64,000 nt of DNA from Thermodesulfobacteriota bacterium (GTDB lineage Bacteria; Desulfobacterota_D; UBA1144; Nemesobacterales; Nemesobacteraceae), in contig OZ252213.1 in the NCBI GenBank assembly GCA_965249045.1, positions 799,971 through 863,970 of the forward strand. Reading direction: 5' to 3'. Positions 58,884 to 64,000 of this stretch are shown here, piece by piece. Position 1 is the first letter of the stretch. Each line of letters starts with the position of its first letter. The position numbers and the translations under genes are program-made. The notes beneath the pieces were generated by a model. That model was not told the origin of the DNA and ran no database searches. It worked only from the letters and a program-made list of their open reading frames with translations.

Positions 58884-59615
58884 ATGAACAAATCTAAAGG
58901 CAGTCAGCTTGACTTAAGCGAGAAGGGAAGAGGCGATGGCGGAGAGACCGTGTCTCTTGACAGAAGGCTTTTCATGCAGTTTCTCGGCTTCGGAGGCCTT
59001 GATCCAGCACTTGAGTCCCGCTTGGCCCGAGATCTAGAAAACTCCCCTGTAGCGGCGGTTCTTTATGCGGACATGAACGATTATGGAGGCGTGGGCCTTT
59101 TGACCATGAGCGAGAGTCCCGATTTTTTCGTTAGGGAGTTCAGGCGATTTCTCGCAGGCTCCTCTTTTGCCGGACTTAAGCCGAAGCCTGAGCACACGAT
59201 GCTTGGAAGAACATATTCACTCGGTTACGAAAAAGATCTTGAAAGAACATTGGTTTCAGGTCCGACGCAGAAGGTTTTTGACCCGGAACTTGCGTGGGCC
59301 ATCTGGTACCCGCTTAGAAGGGCGAAGGCTTTTGAAACTCTCGCGCCGGAGCAGCAAAGAGCTGTATTGGCGGAACACGGCAAGATAGGGTTTCAGTTCG
59401 GAGACGCTGGATACGCTAAGGACATCCGCCTTGCTAGCCATGGTCTTGACAAAAACGACAATGATTTCGTGATAGGGATTCTGGGTAAAGAACTCTATCC
59501 GCTCTCCGCGCTAGTGGAGAGAATGAGAAAAACACAGCAGACTTCAATGTATCTTGAAAGCTTGGGACCATTTTTTGTCGGTAAAAAACTGTTTTCAACC
59601 GAACAGGCCATATGA
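58884..59615 (+). CDS. Chlorite dismutase / coproheme decarboxylase (HemQ/ChdC) family protein
   Basis: WYPLRR, EHGKIG (proximal His), SHGLD..NDF, GPFFVG. Confidence 0.8.
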   Translation: MNKSKGSQLDLSEKGRGDGGETVSLDRRLFMQFLGFGGLDPALESRLARDLENSPVAAVLYADMNDYGGVGLLTMSESPDFFVREFRRFLAGSSFAGLKPKPEHTMLGRTYSLGYEKDLERTLVSGPTQKVFDPELAWAIWYPLRRAKAFETLAPEQQRAVLAEHGKIGFQFGDAGYAKDIRLASHGLDKNDNDFVIGILGKELYPLSALVERMRKTQQTSMYLESLGPFFVGKKLFSTEQAI

Positions 59616-61012
59616 AAGAGACTGCTGAACTCTTCTCGGGAATTGGGACCCATATTGACCCGGCGGTTATTATCCCGGTTGCAATAGCCGTCGCCGTCTT
59701 TGTGGCGGTTTATTTCTTCTTCAGAAAAAAAGAACTTCCGCCGGAAACCGCCGTGGAGGCGGAGCGGGAACAGCCCGAAACTGTTTCCGCCGAACCCGAA
59801 AGAATTGAGCGGCCAGAGGAACCTAGCGCCCCGGATGTTTCACCGGCTGAGATTGCCGAGCCCGCATCCGAACCGCAGTTTGTCGCCCCCAAGCCTGTAG
59901 CGGCGGAAGAAAAAGAGATTGTCACACCGCCGCCCTCTGCCCCCGTACCCGCGGTTGAGCCGACTGAAATTCCCAAAGAACCGGTTCCTGTTGAAGAAAC
60001 GGAAGTGGAGACCGAAGAAGATACAGTCACGTCAGAACCGCAGCAGGAGGTCGTTGCGGAACAAAAAGAAGAGGATACGGAAAAAGATTTCTTCTCAAGA
60101 CTGAGTCTCGGACTTTCTAAGACTCGCAGGGGAATCTTGCAGAATCTTGAGCATGTTTTTTCATCCGGTCGGATTGATGACGGCACCTGGGATGAATTCG
60201 AAGAGATACTGATAATGTCAGATATGGGTGTCTCTACCACCGCGAAACTGAGAGAGAAAGTCTCATCCGCTGTCGCGGCGGGAGAAAGCGGAGACATAGA
60301 GAAAATAAAAACCCTTCTGGAAAAGGAGATTCTCGATATCCTGAGGGGAGTCGAGAGTTCGGTATCAGAACTTTCCGCCAAGCCGACGGTTTTCGTGGTT
60401 GCTGGAGTTAACGGCGTCGGAAAGACCACTTCCATAGGGAAAATCGCCAACAGATTCGCACAGGACGGAAAAAAAGTAATGGTTGCCGCTGCCGACACAT
60501 TCAGGGCGGCCGCGGTTGAACAGCTCGGTGTCTGGGCCGAGAGAGTGGGAAGCGATTTTCTTCGCGGCCAGACCGGAGCCGACCCTTCCGCCGTGGCTTA
60601 CGACGCGGTAAAGGCGTCGGTTTCAAGAGGTGTTGACCTGCTCATAATAGATACTGCTGGACGGGTTCACACGAAAACGGGACTTATGGATGAACTCAAG
60701 AAACTGAGAAGGGTGGTTGCGCGGGAACTTGAGGGGGCTCCGCATGAGACTCTCCTTGTCGTTGACGCGACCACGGGGCAGAATGCCGTGGAGCAGGCGA
60801 GGGTTTTCGGCGAGACCATCGGGGTGACGGGTATAGTTCTTACGAAACTCGACGGAACTGCCAAGGGAGGAATAATAGTGGCGATAGCGGAACAGCTCGG
60901 TCTTCCGGTCAAGTATATCGGCGTCGGAGAAGGTCTCGGGGACCTTCGCGAATTTGACGCCGAACAGTTCACAAAAGCGCTTTTCACATCGGATAAGGAG
61001 GCTTTGCACTAG
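59612..61012 (+). CDS. ftsY: SRP receptor FtsY with N-terminal TM segment and acidic linker
   Basis: GVNGVGKTT, DTFRAAA, DTAGR, TKLDGTAKGG. Confidence 0.95.
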   Translation: MKETAELFSGIGTHIDPAVIIPVAIAVAVFVAVYFFFRKKELPPETAVEAEREQPETVSAEPERIERPEEPSAPDVSPAEIAEPASEPQFVAPKPVAAEEKEIVTPPPSAPVPAVEPTEIPKEPVPVEETEVETEEDTVTSEPQQEVVAEQKEEDTEKDFFSRLSLGLSKTRRGILQNLEHVFSSGRIDDGTWDEFEEILIMSDMGVSTTAKLREKVSSAVAAGESGDIEKIKTLLEKEILDILRGVESSVSELSAKPTVFVVAGVNGVGKTTSIGKIANRFAQDGKKVMVAAADTFRAAAVEQLGVWAERVGSDFLRGQTGADPSAVAYDAVKASVSRGVDLLIIDTAGRVHTKTGLMDELKKLRRVVARELEGAPHETLLVVDATTGQNAVEQARVFGETIGVTGIVLTKLDGTAKGGIIVAIAEQLGLPVKYIGVGEGLGDLREFDAEQFTKALFTSDKEALH

Positions 61013-61019
61013 ATTTTTA

Positions 61020-62126
61020 ATGCCCGCTCGAAACGACACGGAGTTTATGAAAAAAGCTCTGAGGCTTGCCCTCAGGGGAGAAGGGTGCACCAGCCCCAAT
61101 CCCATGGTCGGCGCCGTCTGCGTAGTTGAGGGACGGATTGTAGGCCGTGGCTACCATAAAAAAGCTGGCTCTGCCCACGCGGAAATGGAAGCGTTCCTAG
61201 ACGCTACGAAGAAAGGGATTTCTCTTGAGGGCGCCACACTTTACGTGACGCTTGAGCCCTGTTGCCATACTGAAAAGCTTACTCCTCCGTGTACCGACGC
61301 TATAATAGCCTCTGGAATATCCGATGTTGTCGTGGGAGCCATTGATCCTAATCCCAAGGTAAGCGGAAATGGGGTGGCAAAGCTTCGCGAAAACGGTATA
61401 ACCGTGAGGACGGGGGTACTTGAGAGGGAATGCGCGGAAATAAACGAGTTTTTCAACAAGCATGTTGTCTCGGGGCTTCCTTTCGTAATATTAAAATCCG
61501 CCTCGACTATTGACGGCAAGATAGCTTCCGTGACCGGTAACTCCAAGTGGATAGGGAGCGTGAGGCAGAGAAAAATGGCTCATCGCTTGAGAAAAAAAGT
61601 GGATGCCGTAATTGTCGGGATAAACACGGTGCGTGCGGACGACCCGGGACTTGACGTTCGCTTGGTCGGGGGAAACGTACGCCAGCCGATCCCGGTGGTT
61701 ATGGATTCAAAACTTCGTATTTCGCCCGAAGCGAAGATTTTCAGTACTCATCCCCGCTCTATAATGGCCACTACGCAGGCCGCGGGACAGCTTAAGGCCA
61801 AGAGGCTTCGTAAGCTCGGCGCCGAGATCCTGAGATTAGAATCCGACGCTACGGGCCGTGTATCTGCCGCAGACCTTCTTCGCGAACTCGGGGCCATGGG
61901 AATGTGCGGCGTTTTGGTTGAAGGAGGGAGCAGGGTGGGGGCCTGTTTTCTTCGCGAGGGCCTGGTTGACAAGGTGGTTTTCTTCTACTCGCCCAGGATT
62001 ATCGGAGGCGACGGGGTGAGCATGATCGGGGAACTTGGGAAGGAATCGATTGAGGAATCAATCAATATCAAGAATATTAAGGTCAGAAGGTTCGGCGATG
62101 AAATGATGATAGAGGGCTATATATGA
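61020..62126 (+). CDS. ribD: Riboflavin biosynthesis deaminase/reductase
   Basis: PNPMVG, HAE, TLEPCCH, VEGG; start trimmed to ATG 61020. Confidence 0.95.
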   Translation: MPARNDTEFMKKALRLALRGEGCTSPNPMVGAVCVVEGRIVGRGYHKKAGSAHAEMEAFLDATKKGISLEGATLYVTLEPCCHTEKLTPPCTDAIIASGISDVVVGAIDPNPKVSGNGVAKLRENGITVRTGVLERECAEINEFFNKHVVSGLPFVILKSASTIDGKIASVTGNSKWIGSVRQRKMAHRLRKKVDAVIVGINTVRADDPGLDVRLVGGNVRQPIPVVMDSKLRISPEAKIFSTHPRSIMATTQAAGQLKAKRLRKLGAEILRLESDATGRVSAADLLRELGAMGMCGVLVEGGSRVGACFLREGLVDKVVFFYSPRIIGGDGVSMIGELGKESIEESINIKNIKVRRFGDEMMIEGYI

Positions 62127-62788
62127 AAATAGGTCTTATGGGCGGCTCATTTGATCCCGTGCATTCGGGTCACATGAGGGCCGCTGAGGAGATAAGCGAA
62201 AAACTGGCGCTTGACGAGGTGGTTTTCATTCCGACTTTTGTTTCTCCTCATAAAAGCTCCGAAACAATGGCTGACTCCTCCCACAGGCTCAATATGCTTA
62301 ACCTCTCGGTGAAAGACAACCCCCGTTTCAGGGTTTCCGATATAGAGTTTCGCAGGGAGCCTCCGTCCTACACTATCGATACGCTCAAGTCGCTTAACAA
62401 AAGCAGTCCGCAAAATGAGTATTATTTTATAATTGGTTCTGAACTTTTCGCCGAGATAGAAACATGGAAAGACTTCGCGGAGCTTTTTAACTACTCAAGT
62501 TTCGTTGTTCTTCGTCGCCCCGGTTACGTTCTTCCCGATTCCGCCAGTCCGATTCCTCTTGCTCTCGGAAATGACTTTCGATATTCTTATAGCGACAAGG
62601 GTATGGAAGTTTTTGCTCACGCAAGCTCAAATGAGCTGTTTTTCGTAGATATTGCCGGTATAAGAGTCTCTTCCACGGAAGTAAGGGAACTCACTTGCCG
62701 GGGCAATTCCCTCAGATATTTGGTTGCTCCCCAAGTGGAGGAATACATAGCGGAAAACGGCCTTTACCAGCTGGAGGAAAAAACATAG
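62123..62788 (+). CDS. nadD: Nicotinate-nucleotide adenylyltransferase
   Basis: GGSFDPVHSGH, SYTIDT, VSSTEVR. Confidence 0.95.
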   Translation: MKIGLMGGSFDPVHSGHMRAAEEISEKLALDEVVFIPTFVSPHKSSETMADSSHRLNMLNLSVKDNPRFRVSDIEFRREPPSYTIDTLKSLNKSSPQNEYYFIIGSELFAEIETWKDFAELFNYSSFVVLRRPGYVLPDSASPIPLALGNDFRYSYSDKGMEVFAHASSNELFFVDIAGIRVSSTEVRELTCRGNSLRYLVAPQVEEYIAENGLYQLEEKT

Positions 62789-63156
62789 AGTCCAGGGAAA
62801 AAGCCTTGCTTGTCGCCCGTGCCGCCTGGGAGAAAAAAGCGGAGAGTCCCATAGTTTTGGAGATTAGAGAAAAAAGCGACGTGGCGGATTATTTCGTCGT
62901 CTGCAGCGCGAACTCCAACAGGGGAGTGCGGACCATAGTAGAAAGCGTTGAGCGGGAACTTAAGAAACGCGGGGTAAAGGTATTCGGAACCGAAGGCGTT
63001 TCAGAGGGCAGATGGGTGCTGCTTGACCTCGTAGACGTAGTTCTCCACGTGTTTTACCGGCCCGTACGGGAGTTCTACGATATTGAAGGACTCTGGATCG
63101 ATACCCCGAGGGTGGACCTGCCATTCCTTAAGGAAGACAGGTCCGAGGTTGTCTGA
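62785..63156 (+). CDS. rsfS: Ribosome silencing factor RsfS
   Basis: ADYFVVCS, WVLLDL, REFYDIEGLW; probable start ATA at 62785 (uncertain). Confidence 0.9.
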   Translation: MESREKALLVARAAWEKKAESPIVLEIREKSDVADYFVVCSANSNRGVRTIVESVERELKKRGVKVFGTEGVSEGRWVLLDLVDVVLHVFYRPVREFYDIEGLWIDTPRVDLPFLKEDRSEVV

Positions 63157-63173
63157 CACCGTACCGAACATTC

Positions 63174-64000
63174 TCAACGGGCGGCGATTCTTTCTCTTCT
63201 TCTGACGAAAGTCGGTATATCGAGGTCTTCCTCCATATTGGGGCTGTACGGCTGTTCCGAAATTATATCGGCGGCCTTTTTATCGATATAATTTTCTATC
63301 CCGGTCGCAACCACAGTGATTCTTACGAAATCCTTGGTCTTTTCATCGAAGACCAGACCGAAAATCAGGTCGATATCGCCGTTTGCTCTTTCCCTTACGT
63401 GGTTGCACGCTTCGTTAAGCTCTTCGATTCCGAAGTCCTCAGAAGCCGTTACGTTCATCAGTATTCCTTTGGCTCCTGCTATGGACACTTCCTCGAGAAG
63501 AGGGCTTGTTATGGCCATCTGCGCCGCCTGAGTCGCCCGGTTCGGACCTTGTGCGAATCCGGAACTCATAAGGGCTTTGCCTCCGTGGTTTGCCATTATG
63601 CTTTTCACGTCGGCAAAATCGACGTTGATGTAACCGGTTCCCGTAACGATGTCGGAAATCCCCTTTACCGCCTGGTAAAGAACTTCATCGGCTTGGCGAA
63701 AAGCGTCAAGGATGCTGACTTTGTGTATGGCCGCAAGCTTATCGTTGGGAATTACGATCAGCGTGTCAACATACTTGTCCAGTTCCTCGATTCCGTAATC
63801 GGCGTTTTCCTTTCGTGCAACCCCTTCGAATTCAAAGGGTTTTGTGACTATCGCCACGGTGAGAATGTCCTTCTCCTTGCATACCTGGGCGATTACGGGA
63901 GAAGCGCCAGTGCCGGTTCCGCCTCCCATCCCCGCGGTTATGAAAACCATGTCGGCTTCTCCGAGAACCTCGCTTATCTGGTCGCGGTCCCCCATAGCGG
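63174..64000 (-). CDS. ftsZ: Cell division protein FtsZ, C-terminal part (runs off right edge)
   Basis: [18 protein letters not shown]-terminal LDIPTFVR. Confidence 0.97.
   Translation of the reverse strand, partial: AMGDRDQISEVLGEADMVFITAGMGGGTGTGASPVIAQVCKEKDILTVAIVTKPFEFEGVARKENADYGIEELDKYVDTLIVIPNDKLAAIHKVSILDAFRQADEVLYQAVKGISDIVTGTGYINVDFADVKSIMANHGGKALMSSGFAQGPNRATQAAQMAITSPLLEEVSIAGAKGILMNVTASEDFGIEELNEACNHVRERANGDIDLIFGLVFDEKTKDFVRITVVATGIENYIDKKAADIISEQPYSPNMEEDLDIPTFVRRRERIAAR

Noticed and set aside
1-64000. CRISPR array, cas genes or rRNA
   Set aside because: No regularly spaced direct repeats, cas genes or rRNA signatures noticed on manual reading.

Overview
About 64 kb of bacterial chromosome at roughly 50% GC (estimated by eye). 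The gene content suggests a deltaproteobacteria-like diderm, possibly Ca. Dadabacteria or another marine-sponge symbiont; this is inference only. Most of the window is housekeeping: truA (partial), oppB, a large S41 protease, nth, nuoJKL, an Rrf2-sufBCD-Rieske cluster, cysP-cysH, pyrE, thrC, rsmA, dacB, polA, ffh-rpsP-khpA-rimM-trmD-rplS, argS, tolQRA, yebC-ruvCAB, rho, ftsY-ribD-nadD-rsfS and ftsZ (partial). Five accessory regions stand out. (1) A 1,298-bp element (54333-55630) carries only an intact tnpB. It is bounded by 27-bp terminal inverted repeats and a perfect 8-bp target duplication (ATTATTAT). These are DDE/IS1595-type ends rather than IS200/IS605 ends, and one end supplies a new in-frame ATG to ruvC. 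This is the strongest candidate for an undescribed system. (2) A mosaic junction contains the 5' half of a group II intron, a holA-like fragment and an lpdA fragment. It precedes a 2,200-aa Calx-beta adhesin whose GC-rich passenger is joined to a host-like beta-barrel. (3) A tandem pair of long acetoacetate-decarboxylase-fold genes lies near an orphan AmiS/UreI channel. (4) A Cys-less DUF35 gene, a thiolase-fold gene and an LLM monooxygenase form a small module. (5) An IS5 remnant. No CRISPR array, rRNA or tRNA was recognised.
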